The notes under the pieces are model-generated. The model ran no database searches. It saw only the letters and a list, made by a program, of their open reading frames with translations, and had not been told where the DNA came from. Shown here in pieces: positions 20,814 through 35,800 of a stretch of DNA of 64,000 nt. The DNA lies in assembly GCA_030704615.1 (NCBI GenBank), contig CM060734.1, positions 5,022,001 to 5,086,000 of the forward strand. The letters are read 5' to 3'. The position numbers were made by a program, and so were the translations under genes. This DNA comes from Takakia lepidozioides. Lineage: Eukaryota; Plantae; Bryophyta. The stretch's first letter is position 1. Each line of letters begins with the position of its first letter.

Positions 20814-23800
20814 GCCTTCTATTATCATAAATGGCTTCTTTAAGACCAACAGACATTTCCAGCCACGAACAGTGATCAATGGATCTTTATTTGGACATGG
20901 ATACTTACTGCTCAGCTTTGGTATGTCCAATGATACAAAGAACCCCAAACTATACTAGTTTTTGGGCCAACAATAAATGGATGGTTTGGTTATGCCTTGG
21001 TATGTAAGCTGACCAAAAAATACAGACCGAATGACATGGCATGTCATGAATGGCACTTTTTAGCATGCTGAACAACGGTTTCCTGCTATGAACAGTGGTA
21101 ATCGAGTCTCTAATTTTTCCCACCCAGAGACTTCATTGACTTTGAAGTCTGGGATTTGTCATAAAGCTGACTTGTGAATGAAGAATGGTTGATAATGAGG
21201 CTGATTCGTCGTTAATTTTACAATGACCTTGTCAGGTCTTTGTCCATGTCTCGACGAGACATAAGTATATTCCCTCTCTGATTTAGACCAGTGTACTTGG
21301 TGGTTCTTTGTACACATTATCAACCAATCTCCCTTCTGTTTTCAGTTTTATGTTTGATTTACTAACACCTTGGTCTGAGCATGACAAAAGGTTATCATAT
21401 ATGTTCCTGATTGAAGTGATGAACCCAAGGCAATGGGAAGGCCAAAGCCATGAGATATCAGCCTCCTCTCCCCGCCATGACCATGGGTGTGGAGCAAGCA
21501 AGTCCTTCGTAAGGTAAGATCTTCTCCAGCAAAAATATGTTGGCTAATTGGTCATGGAGAGTAAGGCATCCTTGAAGGTACCTGAGATAAGCATAGAACA
21601 TCTATAGGGCTTCTGAATGCTGAAATTTTGAGCTAGGCCTTGGTAAGACAGCTTGCTGGAGTAGACGTGTACACCTTACACATGATCCGTCAATGCACAT
21701 TACTCTTGTTTGCCGGTCCCTGTAGCCGATGCCTCATGTCAGATTTAGATACCTTATGATAAGAATGAGTTCCATTTCTTTGGCTCAAATGTTTCCATGT
21801 TTCTCCTGGTTTATGGTTTTGCTCTTTATAGCACCATAAAAAAAATACCCAATTATGATATGCTGCCGGTAGATGTTTTGTCTGAATATAACCAGGTGGT
21901 AAACCCTGCCAGAGACTTCATTACCTAAGTCCCAATACCTGCCCCCTTTGGTTTTTGTACACCAAACAAGGGGTGGGTAAAACACTAAAAGTCTGATATA
22001 AGATTTCCCGATTGTTACTTTATGACAATCATTAGGGCGACTATCTCTTGTTCCCTATGGCATACTGATGTGACAATGGAGCAACGATAATGACAAGCTG
22101 ATGGCTTTAAAGAGATCTGGTAACATGCTACAATGTAGGGCAGACCTGTTTTCATGACCAGACGGTGTTCTTGAATGTACAAGCATTGGAAACTTAGCCT
22201 CTTTTAGAAGCTGGTTACTTAGGACACTTGATACCATGCCAACTGATACGGATGGATCTTTCGTGGCCAAATCCGGTCCTTGGTTATATGCCCTCGAATG
22301 TTTACCTATTTTCCAAAACGTATAAGACATTGGTAGATGTGAAGAGAATGATTCAGGCATTGTATTCAAGTTGCTTTAGGATAAATAATACCAAAGTAAC
22401 CTGCAGCCCTGATGGGATGAGCAATTCAGATTCTTTGTGTTTCCTATGGATGATTGCATGGCATGTAAATCTGATTACAGCCTGTTATGGTAATGATTTC
22501 CCTACCCCAGACATAGAACTTGGTCTTGGGGCATGGAATAAGAGGTGGGAATATTACTCTACCCTACCTTGAAATTACACACCAGCCCCAGATCTAAAAC
22601 AGATCACGGGGCAAAGAACATGGCGTCAATAAGTGACTTGATGTGCGAAATAGGGCAGCTGATTACACCCCGTTGTATAAGCTGCCAAATATCAGTCCGT
22701 AACCCTGCTTTGGTGATGTTCTCTATGTAAAGAAATGATCTTATTTTGTTCTTAAGCCTTCTATGATCATAAATGGCTTCTTTAAGACCAACAGACATTT
22801 CCAGCCACGAACAGTGATCGATGGATCTTTATTTGGACATGGATACTTACTGCTCAGTCACTTTGGTATGTCCAATGATACAAAGAACCCAAAACTATAC
22901 TAGTTTTTGGGCCAACAATAAATAGGATGGTTGGTTATGCTTGGTATGTAAGCTGACCAAAAAATACAGACGAATGACATGGCATGTCATGAATGGCACT
23001 TTTTAGCATGCTGAACAACGGTTTCCTGCTATGAACAGTGGTAATCGAGTCTCTAATTTTTCCCACCCAGAGACTTCATTGACTTTGAAGTCTGGGATTT
23101 GTCATAAAGCTGACTTGTGAATGAAAATGGTTGATAATGAGGCTGATTCGTCGTTAATTTTACAATGACCTTGTCAGGGTCTTTGTCCATGTCTCGTCTC
23201 GACGAGACATAAGTATCTTCCCTCTCTGATTTAGACCAGTGTACTTGGTGGTTCTTGTACACATTATCAACCAATCTCCCTTCTGTTTTCAGTTTTATGT
23301 TTGATTTACTAACACCTTGGTCTGAGCATGACAAAAGGTTATCAATATATGTTCCTGATTGAAGTGATGAACCCAAGGCAATGGGAAGGCCAAAGCCATG
23401 AGATATCAGCCTCCTCTCCCGCCATGACCATGGTGTGGAGCAAGCAAGTCCTTCGTAAGGTAAGATCTTCTCCAGCAAAATATGTTGGCTAATTGGTCAT
23501 GGAGAGTAAGGCATCCTTGAAGGTACCTGAGATAAGCATAGAACATCTATAGGGCTTCTGAATGCTGAAATTTTGAGCTAGGCCTTGGTAAGACAGCTTG
23601 CTGGAGTAGACGTGTACACCTTAACACATGATCCGGTCAATGCACATACTCTTGTTTGCCGGTCCCCTGTAGCCGATGCCTCAATGTCCAGATTTAGATA
23701 CCTTATGATAAGAATGAGTTCCATTTCTTTGGCTCAAGTTTCCATGTTTCTCCTGGTTATGGTTTTGCTCTTTATAGCACCATAAAAAAAATACCAATTA

Positions 23801-26800
23801 TGATATGCTATGCTGCCGGTAGATGTTTGTCTGAATATAACCAGGTGGTAAACCCCTGCCAGACTTCATTACCCTAAGTCCCATACCTGCCCCTTTGGTT
23901 TTGTACACCCAAAACAAGGGGTGGGTAAACACTAAAAGTCTGATATAAGATTTCTTTCCCCGATTGTTACTTTATGACAATCATTAGGGCGCTATCTCTG
24001 TGTCCCTATGGCATACTGATGTGACAATGGAGCAACGATATGACAAGCTGATGGCTTTAAGAGATCTGGTAACATGCTACCATGTAGGGCAGACCTGTTT
24101 TCATGACCAGACGGTGTTCTTGAATGTACAAGCATTGGAAACTTAGCCTCTTTTAGAAGCTGGTTACTTTAGGACACTTGATACCATTCCAAACTGATAC
24201 GGATGGATCTTTCGTGGCCAAATCCGGTCCTTGGTTATATGCCCCTCGAATGTTTTACCTATTTCCAAACGGTAAGACATTGGTAGATGTGAAGAGAATG
24301 ATTCAGGCATTGTATCAAGTTTCTTTAGGATAAATAATACCAAAGTAACCTGCAGCCCTGATGGGATGAGCAATTCAGATTCTTTGTGTTTTCCTATGGA
24401 TGATTGCATGGCATGTAAATCTGATTACAGCCTGTTATGGTAATGATTTCCCTACCCCAGACATAGAACTTGGTCTTGGGGCATGGAATAAGAGGTGGGA
24501 ATATTACTCTACCCTACCATTGAAATTACACACCAGCCCCAGATCTAAAACAGATCACGGGGCAAAGAACATGGCGTCAATAAGTGACTTGATGTGCGAA
24601 ATAGGGCAGCTGATTACACCCCGTTGTATAAGCTGCCAAATATCAGTCCGTAACCCTGCTTTGGTGATGTTCTCTATGTAAAGAAATGATCTTATTTTGT
24701 TCTTAAGCCTTCTATGATCATAAATGGCTTCTTTAAGACCAACAGACATTTCCAGCCACGAACAGTGATCGATGGATCTTTATTTGGACATGGATACTTA
24801 CTGCTACTGCTCAGTCACTTTGGTATGTCCAATGATACAAAGAACCCAAAACTATACTAGTTTTTTGGGCCAACAATAAATTAGGATGGTTGGTTATGCC
24901 TTGGTATGTAAGCTGACCAAAAAATACAGACCGAATGACATGGCATGTCATGAATGGCACTTTTTAGCATGCTGAACAACGGTTTCCTGCTATGAACATG
25001 GTAATCGAGTCTCTAATTTTTTCCCACCCAGAGACTTCATTGACTTTGAAGTCTGGGATTTGTCATAAAGCTGACTTGTGAATGAAGAATGGTTGATAAT
25101 GAGGCTGATTCGTCGTTAATTTTACAATGACCTTGTCAGGTCTTTGTCCATGTCTCGACGAGACATAAGTATCTTCCCTCTCTGATTTAGACCAGTGTAC
25201 TTGGTGGTTCTTGTACACATTATCAACCAATCTCCTTCTGTTTTCAGTTTTATGTTTGATTTACTAACACCTTGGTCTGAGCATGACAAAAGGTTATCAT
25301 ATATGTTCCTGATTGAAGTGATGAACCCAAGGCAATGGGAAGGCCAAGCCATGAGATATCAGCCTCCTCTCCCGCCATGACCATGGTGTGGAGCAAGCAA
25401 GTCCTTCGTAAGGTAAGATCTTCTCCAGCAAAAATATGTTGGCTAATTGGTCATGGAGAGTAAGGCATCCTTGAAGGTACCTGAGATAAGCATAGAACAT
25501 CTATAGGCTTCTGAATGCTGAAATTTTGAGCTAGGCCTTGGTAAGACAGCTTGCTGGAGTAGACGTGTACACCTTACACATGATCCGGTCAATGCACATT
25601 ACTCTTGTTTGCCGGTCCCCTGTAGCCGATGCCTCATGTCAGATTTAGATACCTTATGATAAGAATGAGTTCCATTTTCTTTGGCTCAAATGTTTCCATG
25701 TTTCTCCTGGTTATGGTTTTGCTCTTTATAGCACCATAAAAAAAATACCCAATTATGATATGCTGCCGGTAGATGTTTTGTCTGAATATAACCAGGTGGT
25801 AAACCCCTGCCAGACTTCATTACCTAAGTCCCAATACCTGCCCCCTTTTGGTTTTGTACACCCAAAACAAGGGGTGGGTAAACACTAAAAGTCTGATATA
25901 AGATTTCCCGATTGTTACTTTATGACAATCATTAGGGCGACTATCTCTTGTTCCCTATGGCATACTGATGTGACAATGGAGCAACGATATGACAAGCTGA
26001 TGGCTTTAAAGAGATCTGGTAACATGCTACAATGTAGGGCAGACCTGTTTTCATGACCAGACGGTGTTTTCTGAATGTACAAGCATTGGAAACTTAGCCT
26101 CTTTTAGAAGCTGGTTACTTTAGGACACTTGATACCATGCCAAACTGATACGGATGGATCTTTCGTGGCCAAATCCGGTCCTTGGTTATATGCCCTCGAA
26201 TGTTTACCTATTTTCCAAACGGTAAGACATTGGTAGATGTGAAGAGAATGATTCAGGCATTGTATTCAAGTTGCTTTAGGATAAATAATACCAAAGTAAC
26301 CTGCAGCCCTGATGGGATGAGCAATTCAGATTCTTTGTGTTTCCTATGGATGATTGCATGGCATGTAAATCTGATTACAGCCTGTTATGGTAATGATTTC
26401 CCTACCCCAGACATAGAACTTGGTCTTGGGGCATGGAATAAGAGGTGGGAATATTACTCTACCCTACCATTGAAATTACACACCAGCCCCAGATCTAAAA
26501 CAGATCACGGGGCAAAAAACATGGCGTCAATAAGTGACTTGATGTGCGAAATAGGGCAGCTGATTACACCCCGTTGTATAAGCTGCCAAATATCAGTCCG
26601 TAACCCTGCTTTGGTGATGTTCTCTATGTAAAGAAATGATCTTATTTTTGTTCTTAAGCCTTCTATGATCATAAATGGCTTCTTTAAGACCAACAGACAT
26701 TTCCAGCCACGAACAGTGATCGATGGATCTTTATTTGGACATGGATACTTACTACTCTCAGTCACTTTGGTATGTCCAATGATACAAAGAACCCAAACTA

Positions 26801-29800
26801 TACTAGTTTTTGGGCCAACAATAAATTAGGATGGTTGGTTATATGCCTTGGTATGTAAGCTGACCAAAAAATACAGACCGAATGACATGGCATGTCATGA
26901 ATGGCACTTTTTAGCATGCTGAACAACGGTTTCCTGCTATGAACAGTGGTAATCGAGTCTCTAATTTTTCCCCCCCAGAGACTTCATTGACTTTGAAGTC
27001 TGGGATTTGTCATAAAGCTGACTTGTGAATGAAGAATGGTTGATAATGAGGCTGATTCGTCGTTAATTTTACAATGACCTTGTCAGGTCTTTGTCCATGT
27101 CTCGACGAGACATAAGTATCTTCCCTCTCTGATTTAGACCAGTGTACTTGGTGTTCTTGTACACATTATCAACCAATCTCCCTTCTGTTTTCAGTTTTAT
27201 GTTTGATTTACTAACACCTTGGTCTGAGCATGACAAAAGGTTATCAATATATGTTCCTGATTGAAGTGATGAACCCAGGCAATGGGAAGGCCAAAGCCAT
27301 GAGATATCAGCCTCCTCTCCCGCCATGACCATGGTGTGGAGCAAGCAAGTCCTTCGTAAGGTAAGATCTTCTCCAGCAAAATATGTTGGCTAATTGGTCA
27401 TGGAGAGTAAGGCATCCTTGAAGGTACCTGAGATAAGCATAGAACATCTATAGGGCTTCTGAATGCTGAAATTTTGAGCTAGGCCTTGGTAAGACAGCTT
27501 GCTGGAGTAGACGTGTACACCTTACACATGATCCGGTCAATGCACATTACTCTTGTTTGCCGGTCCCCTGTAGCCGATGCCTCATGTCAGATTTAGATAC
27601 CTTATGATAAGAATGAGTTCCATTTCTTTGGCTCAAATGTTTCCATGTTTCTCCTGGTTATGGTTTTGCTCTTTATAGCACCATAAAAAAAATACCCAAT
27701 TATGATATGCTGCCGGTAGATGTTTTGTCTGAATATAACCAGGTGGTAAACCCCTGCCAGACTTCATTACCTAAGTCCCAATACCTGCCCCCTTTGGTTT
27801 TGTACACCCAAAACAAGGGGTGGGTAAACACTAAAAGTCTGATATAATTTCCCGATTGTTACTTTATGACAATCATTAGGGCGACTATCTCTTGTTCCCT
27901 ATGGCATACTGATGTGACAATGGAGCAACGATATGACAAGCTGATGGCTTTAAAGAGATCTGGTAACATGCTACAATGTAGGGCAGACCTGTTTTCATGA
28001 CCAGACGGTGTTCTTGAATGTACAAGCATTGGAAACTTAGCCTCTTTTAGAAGCTGGTTACTTTAGGACACTTGATACCATGCCAAACTGATACGGATGG
28101 ATCTTTCGTGGCCAAATCCGGTCCTTGGTTATATGCCCTCGAATGTTTACCTATTTTCCAAAACGGTAAGACATTGGTAGATGTGAAGAGAATGATTCAG
28201 GCATTGTATTCAAGTTGCTTTAGGATAAATAATACCAAAGTAACCTGCAGCCTGATGGGATGAGCAATTCAGATTCTTTGTGTTTCCTATGGATGATTGC
28301 ATGGCATGTAAATCTGATTACAGCCTGTTATGGTAATGATTTCCCTACCCCAGACATAGAACTTGGTCTTGGGGCATGGAATAAGAGGTGGGAATATTAC
28401 TCTACCCTACCATTGAAATTACACACCAGCCCCAGATCTAAAACAGATCACGGGGCAAAAACATGGCGTCAATAAGTGACTTGATGTGCGAAATAGGGCA
28501 GCTGATTACACCCCGTTGTATAAGCTGCCAAATATCAGTCCGTAACCCTGCTTTGGTGATGTTCTCTATGTAAAGAAATGATCTTATTTTGTTCTTAAGC
28601 CTTCTATGATCATAAATGGCTTCTTTAAGACCAACAGACATTTCCAGCCACGAACAGTGATCGATGGATCTTTATTTGGACATGGATACTTACTGCTCAG
28701 TCACTTTGGTATGTCCAATGATACAAAGAACCCAAAACTATACTAGTTTTTGGGCCAACAATAATTAGGATGGTTGGTTATGCCTGGTATGTAAGCTGAC
28801 CAAAAAAACAGACCGAATGACATGGCATGTCATGAATGGCACTTTTAGCATGCTGAACAACGGTTTCCTGCTATGAACAGTGGTAATCGAGTCTCTAATT
28901 TTCCCACCCAGAGACTTCATTGACTTTGAAGTCTGGGATTTGTCATAAAGCTGACTTGTGAATGAAGAATGGTTGATAATGAGGCTGATTCGTCGTTAAT
29001 TTTACAATGACCTTGTCAGGTCTTTGTCCATGTCTCGACGGACATAAGTATCTTCCCTCTCTGATTTAGACCAGTGTACTTGGTGGTTCTTGTACACATT
29101 ATCAACCAATCTCCCTTCTGTTTTCAGTTTTATGTTTGATTAACTAACACCTTGGTCTGAGCATGACAAAAGGTTATCAATATATGTTCCTGATTGAAGT
29201 GATGAACCCAAGGCAATGGGAAGGCCAAAGCCATGAGATATCAGCCTCCTCTCCCGCCATGACCATGGTGTGGAGCAAGCAAGTCCTTCGTAAGGTAAGA
29301 TCTTCTCCAGCAAAATATGTTGGCTAATTGGTCATGGAGAGTAAGGCATCCTTGAAGGTACCTGAGATAAGCATAGAACATCTATAGGGCTTCTGAATGC
29401 TGAAATTTTGAGCTAGGCCTTGGTAAGACAGCTTGCTGGAGTAGACGTGTACACCTTACACATGACCGGTCAATGCACATTACTCTTGTTTGCCGGTCCC
29501 CTGTAGCCGATGCCTCATGTCAGATTTTAGATACCTTATGATAAGAATGAGTTCCATTTCTTTGGCTCAAATGTTTCCATGTTTCTCCTGGTTATGGTTT
29601 TGCTCTTTATAGCACCATAAAAAAAATACCCAATTATGATATGCTGCCGGTAGATGTTTTGTCTGAATAATAACCAGGTGGTAAACCCCTGCCAGACTTC
29701 ATTACCTAAGTCCCAATACCTGCCCCCTTTGGTTTTGTACACCCAAACAAGGGTGGGTAACACTAAAAGTCTGATATAAGATTTCCCGATTGACTACTTT

Positions 29801-32800
29801 ATGACCATCATTAGGGCGACTATCTCTTGTTCCCTATGGCATACTGATGTGACAATGGAGCAACGATATGACAAGCTGATGGCTTTAAAAGAGATCTGGT
29901 AACATGGCTCCACACATGTGGGCAGACCTGTTTTCATGACCAGACGGTGTTCTTGAATGTACAAGCATTGGAAATTAGCCTCTTTTAGAAGCTGGTTACT
30001 TTAGGACACTTGATACATGCCAACTGATACGGATGGATCTTTCGTGGCCAAATCCGTTCCTGTGGTTCTGCCCTCGAATGTTTACCTATTTTCCAAACGG
30101 TAAGACATTGGTAGACGTGAAGAGAATGATTCAGGCATTGTATTCAAGTTGCTTTAGGATAAATAGTACCAAAGTAACCTGCAGGCCCGATGGGATGAGC
30201 AATTCAGATTCTTTGTGTTTCCTATGGATGATTGCATGGCATGTAAATCTGATTACAGCCTGTTATGGTAATGATTTCCCTACCCCAGACATAGAACTTG
30301 GTCTTGGGGCATGGAATAAGAGGTGGGAATATTACTCTATACCCTACCATTGAAATTACACACCAGCCCCAGATCTAAAACAGATCATGGGGCAAAAACA
30401 TGGTGTCAATAAGTGACTTGATGTGCGAAATAGGCAGCTGATTACACCCCGTTGTATAAGCTGCCAAATATTCAGTCCGTAACCCTGCTTTGTGATGTTC
30501 TCTATGTAAGAAATGCTCTTATTTTGTTCTTACGCCTTCTACGATCATAAATGGCTTCTTTAAGACCAACATTTCCATTCCAGCCATGAACAGTGATCAA
30601 TGGATCTTTTATTTGGACATGGATACTTACTGCTCAGTCACTTGGTATGTCCAATGATACAAAGAACCCAAAACTATACTAGTTCTTGGGCCAACAATAA
30701 ATTAGGATGGTTGGTTATGCCTTGGTATGTAAGCTGACCAAAAATACAGACCGAATGACATGGCATGTCATGAATGGCACTTTTTAGCATGCTGAACAAC
30801 GGTTTCCTGCTATGAATGAACAGTGGTAATTGAGTCTCTCATTTTTCCCCCCAGAGACTTCATTGACTTTGAGTCTGGGATTTGTCATAAAGCTGACTTG
30901 TGAATGAAGAATTGTTGATAATTGGCTGATTCGTCGTTAATTTTTACATGACCTTGTCAGGTCTTTGTCCTGTCTCGACGAGACATAAGTATCTTCCCTC
31001 TCTGATTTAGACCAGTGTACTTGGTGGTTCTTGTACACATTATCAACCAATCTCCCTTCTGTTTTCAGTTTTATGTTTGATTTACTAACACCTGGCTGAG
31101 CATGACAAAAGGTTATCAATTATGTTCCTGATCGAAGTGATGAACCCAAGGCAATGGGAAGGCCAAGCCATGGATATCAGCCTCCTCTCCCGCCATGACC
31201 ATGTTGTGGAGCAAGCAAGTCCTTCATAAGGTAAGATCTTCTCCAGCAAAAATATTGGCTAATTGGTCATGGAGAGTAAGGCAATCCTTGAAGGTACCTG
31301 AGATAAGCATAGAACATCTATAGGGCTTCTGAATGCTGAAATTTTGAGCTAGGCCTTGGTAAGACAGCTTGCTGGAGTAGACGTGTACACCTTATACATG
31401 ATCCGGTCAATGCACATTACTCTTGTTTGCCGGTCCCCCTGTAGCCGATGCCTTATGTCAGATTTAGATACCTCATGATAAGAACGAGTTCCATTTCTTT
31501 GGCTCAAATGTTTCCATGTTTCTCCTGGTTATGGCTTTGCTCTTTATAGCACCATAAAAAAAATACCCAATTATGATGTGCTGCTGGTAGATGTTTTGTC
31601 TGAATATAACCAGGCGGTAAACCCCTGCCAGACTTCATCACCCAAGTCCCAATACCTGCCCCCTTTGGTTTTGTACACCCAAAACAAGGGGTGGGTAAAC
31701 ACTAAAAGTCTGATATAAGATTTCCCGATTGTTACTTTATGACAATCATTAGGGCGACTATCTCTTGTTCCCTATGGCATACTGATGTGACAATGGAGCG
31801 ACGATATGACAAGCTGATGGCTTTAAAGAGATCTGGTAACATGCTACAATGTAGGGCAGACCTGTTTTCATGACCAGACAGTGTTCTTGAATGTACAAGC
31901 ATTGGAAACTTAGCCTCTTTTAGAAGCTGGTTACTTTAGGACACTTGATACCATGCCAAACTGATATGGATGGATCTTTCGTGGCCAAATCCGGTCCTTG
32001 GTTATATGCCCTCGAATGTTTACCTATTTTCCAAAACGGTAAGACATTGGTAGACGTGAAGAGAATGATTCAGGCATTGTATTCAAGTTGCTTTAGGATA
32101 AATAGTACCAAAGTAACCTGCAGGCCCGATGGGATGAGCAATTCAGATTCTTTGTGTTTCCTATGGATGATTGCATGGCATGTAAATCTGATTACAGCCT
32201 GTTATGGTAATGATTTCCCTACCCCAGACATAGAACTTGGTCTTGGGGCATGGAATAAGAGGTGGGAATATTACTCTACCCTACCATTGAAATTACACAC
32301 CAGCCCCAGATCTAAAACAGATCATGGGGCAAAAAACATGGTGTCAATAAGTGACTTGATGTGCGAAATAGGGCAGCTGATTACACCCCGTTGTATAAGC
32401 TGCCAAATATTCAGTCCGTAACCCTGCTTTGGTGATGTTCTCTATGTAAAGAAATGCTCTTATTTTGTTCTTACGCCTTCTACGATCATAAATGGCTTCT
32501 TTAAGACCAACAGACATTTCCAGCCATGAACAGTGATCAATGGATCTTTATTTGGACATGGATACTTACTGCTCAGTCACTTTGGTATGTCCAATGATAC
32601 AAAGAACCCAAAACTATACTAGTTCTTGGGCCAACAATAAATTAGGATGGTTGGTTATGCCTTGGTATGTAAGCTGACCAAAAAATACAGACCGAATGAC
32701 ATGGCATGTCATGAATGGCACTTTTTAGCATGCTGAACAACGGTTTCCTGCTATGAACAGTGGTAATTGAGTCTCTCATTTTTCCCACCCAGAGACTTCA

Positions 32801-35800
32801 TTGACTTTGAAGTCTGGGATTTGTCATAAAGCTGACTTGTGAATGAAGAATGGTTGATAATGAGGCTGATTCGTCGTTAATTTTACAATGACCTTGTCAG
32901 GTCTTTGTCCATGTCTCGACGAGACATAAGTATCTTCCCTCTCTGATTTAGACCAGTGTACTTGGTGGTTCTTGTACACATTATCAACCAATCTCCCTTC
33001 TGTTTTCAGTTTTATGTTTGATTTACTAACACCTTGGTCTGAGCATGACAAAAGGTTATCAATATATGTTCCTGATCGAAGTGATGAACCCAAGGCAATG
33101 GGAAGGCCAAAGCCATGAGATATCAGCCTCCTCTCCCGCCATGACCATGGTGTGGAGCAAGCAAGTCCTTCATAAGGTAAGATCTTCTCCAGCAAAAATA
33201 TGTTGGCTAATTGGTCATGGAGAGTAAGGCATCCTTGAAGGTACCTGAGATAAGCATAGAACATCTATAGGGCTTCTGAATGCTGAAATTTTGAGCTAGG
33301 CCTTGGTAAGACAGCTTGCTGGAGTAGACGTGTACACCTTATACATGATCCGGTCAATGCACATTACTCTTGTTTGCCGGTCCCCTGTAGCCGATGCCTT
33401 ATGTCAGATTTAGATACCTCATGATAAGAACGAGTTCCATTTCTTTGGCTCAAATGTTTCCATGTTTCTCCTGGTTATGGCTTTGCTCTTTATAGCACCA
33501 TAAAAAAAATACCCAATTATGATGTGCTGCTGGTAGATGTTTTGTCTGAATATAACCAGGCGGTAAACCCCTGCCAGACTTCATCACCCAAGTCCCAATA
33601 CCTGCCCCCTTTGGTTTTGTACACCCAAAACAAGGGGTGGGTAAACACTAAAAGTCTGATATAAGATTTCCCGATTGTTACTTTATGACAATCATTAGGG
33701 CGACTATCTCTTGTTCCCTATGGCATACTGATGTGACAATGGAGCGACGATATGACAAGCTGATGGCTTTAAAGAGATCTGGTAACATGCTACAATGTAG
33801 GGCAGACCTGTTTTCATGACCAGACAGTGTTCTTGAATGTACAAGCATTGGAAACTTAGCCTCTTTTAGAAGCTGGTTACTTTAGGACACTTGATACCAT
33901 GCCAAACTGATATGGATGGATCTTTCGTGGCCAAATCCGGTCCTTGGTTATATGCCCTCGAATGTTTACCTATTTTCCAAAACGGTAAGACATTGGTAGA
34001 CGTGAAGAGAATGATTCAGGCATTGTATTCAAGTTGCTTTAGGATAAATAGTACCAAAGTAACCTGCAGGCCCGATGGGATGAGCAATTCAGATTCTTTG
34101 TGTTTCCTATGGATGATTGCATGGCATGTAAATCTGATTACAGCCTGTTATGGTAATGATTTCCCTACCCCAGACATAGAACTTGGTCTTGGGGCATGGA
34201 ATAAGAGGTGGGAATATTACTCTACCCTACCATTGAAATTACACACCAGCCCCAGATCTAAAACAGATCATGGGGCAAAAAACATGGTGTCAATAAGTGA
34301 CTTGATGTGCGAAATAGGGCAGCTGATTACACCCCGTTGTATAAGCTGCCAAATATTCAGTCCGTAACCCTGCTTTGGTGATGTTCTCTATGTAAAGAAA
34401 TGCTCTTATTTTGTTCTTACGCCTTCTACGATCATAAATGGCTTCTTTAAGACCAACAGACATTTCCAGCCATGAACAGTGATCAATGGATCTTTATTTG
34501 GACATGGATACTTACTGCTCAGTCACTTTGGTATGTCCAATGATACAAAGAACCCAAAACTATACTAGTTCTTGGGCCAACAATAAATTAGGATGGTTGG
34601 TTATGCCTTGGTATGTAAGCTGACCAAAAAATACAGACCGAATGACATGGCATGTCATGAATGGCACTTTTTAGCATGCTGAACAACGGTTTCCTGCTAT
34701 GAACAGTGGTAATTGAGTCTCTCATTTTTCCCACCCAGAGACTTCATTGACTTTGAAGTCTGGGATTTGTCATAAAGCTGACTTGTGAATGAAGAATGGT
34801 TGATAATGAGGCTGATTCGTCGTTAATTTTACAATGACCTTGTCAGGTCTTTGTCCATGTCTCGACGAGACATAAGTATCTTCCCTCTCTGATTTAGACC
34901 AGTGTACTTGGTGGTTCTTGTACACATTATCAACCAATCTCCCTTCTGTTTTCAGTTTTATGTTTGATTTACTAACACCTTGGTCTGAGCATGACAAAAG
35001 GTTATCAATATATGTTCCTGATCGAAGTGATGAACCCAAGGCAATGGGAAGGCCAAAGCCATGAGATATCAGCCTCCTCTCCCGCCATGACCATGGTGTG
35101 GAGCAAGCAAGTCCTTCATAAGGTAAGATCTTCTCCAGCAAAAATATGTTGGCTAATTGGTCATGGAGAGTAAGGCATCCTTGAAGGTACCTGAGATAAG
35201 CATAGAACATCTATAGGGCTTCTGAATGCTGAAATTTTGAGCTAGGCCTTGGTAAGACAGCTTGCTGGAGTAGACGTGTACACCTTATACATGATCCGGT
35301 CAATGCACATTACTCTTGTTTGCCGGTCCCCTGTAGCCGATGCCTTATGTCAGATTTAGATACCTCATGATAAGAACGAGTTCCATTTCTTTGGCTCAAA
35401 TGTTTCCATGTTTCTCCTGGTTATGGCTTTGCTCTTTATAGCACCATAAAAAAAATACCCAATTATGATGTGCTGCTGGTAGATGTTTTGTCTGAATATA
35501 ACCAGGCGGTAAACCCCTGCCAGACTTCATCACCCAAGTCCCAATACCTGCCCCCTTTGGTTTTGTACACCCAAAACAAGGGGTGGGTAAACACTAAAAG
35601 TCTGATATAAGATTTCCCGATTGTTACTTTATGACAATCATTAGGGCGACTATCTCTTGTTCCCTATGGCATACTGATGTGACAATGGAGCGACGATATG
35701 ACAAGCTGATGGCTTTAAAGAGATCTGGTAACATGCTACAATGTAGGGCAGACCTGTTTTCATGACCAGACAGTGTTCTTGAATGTACAAGCATTGGAAA

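Noticed and set aside
32280-33060. Endogenous negative-strand RNA virus L-gene fragment (DLF*IWG and SDQGVS resemble short L-protein words)
   Set aside because: The matches are only a few residues, in inconsistent frames, with no polymerase core motifs. Not supportable without a search.
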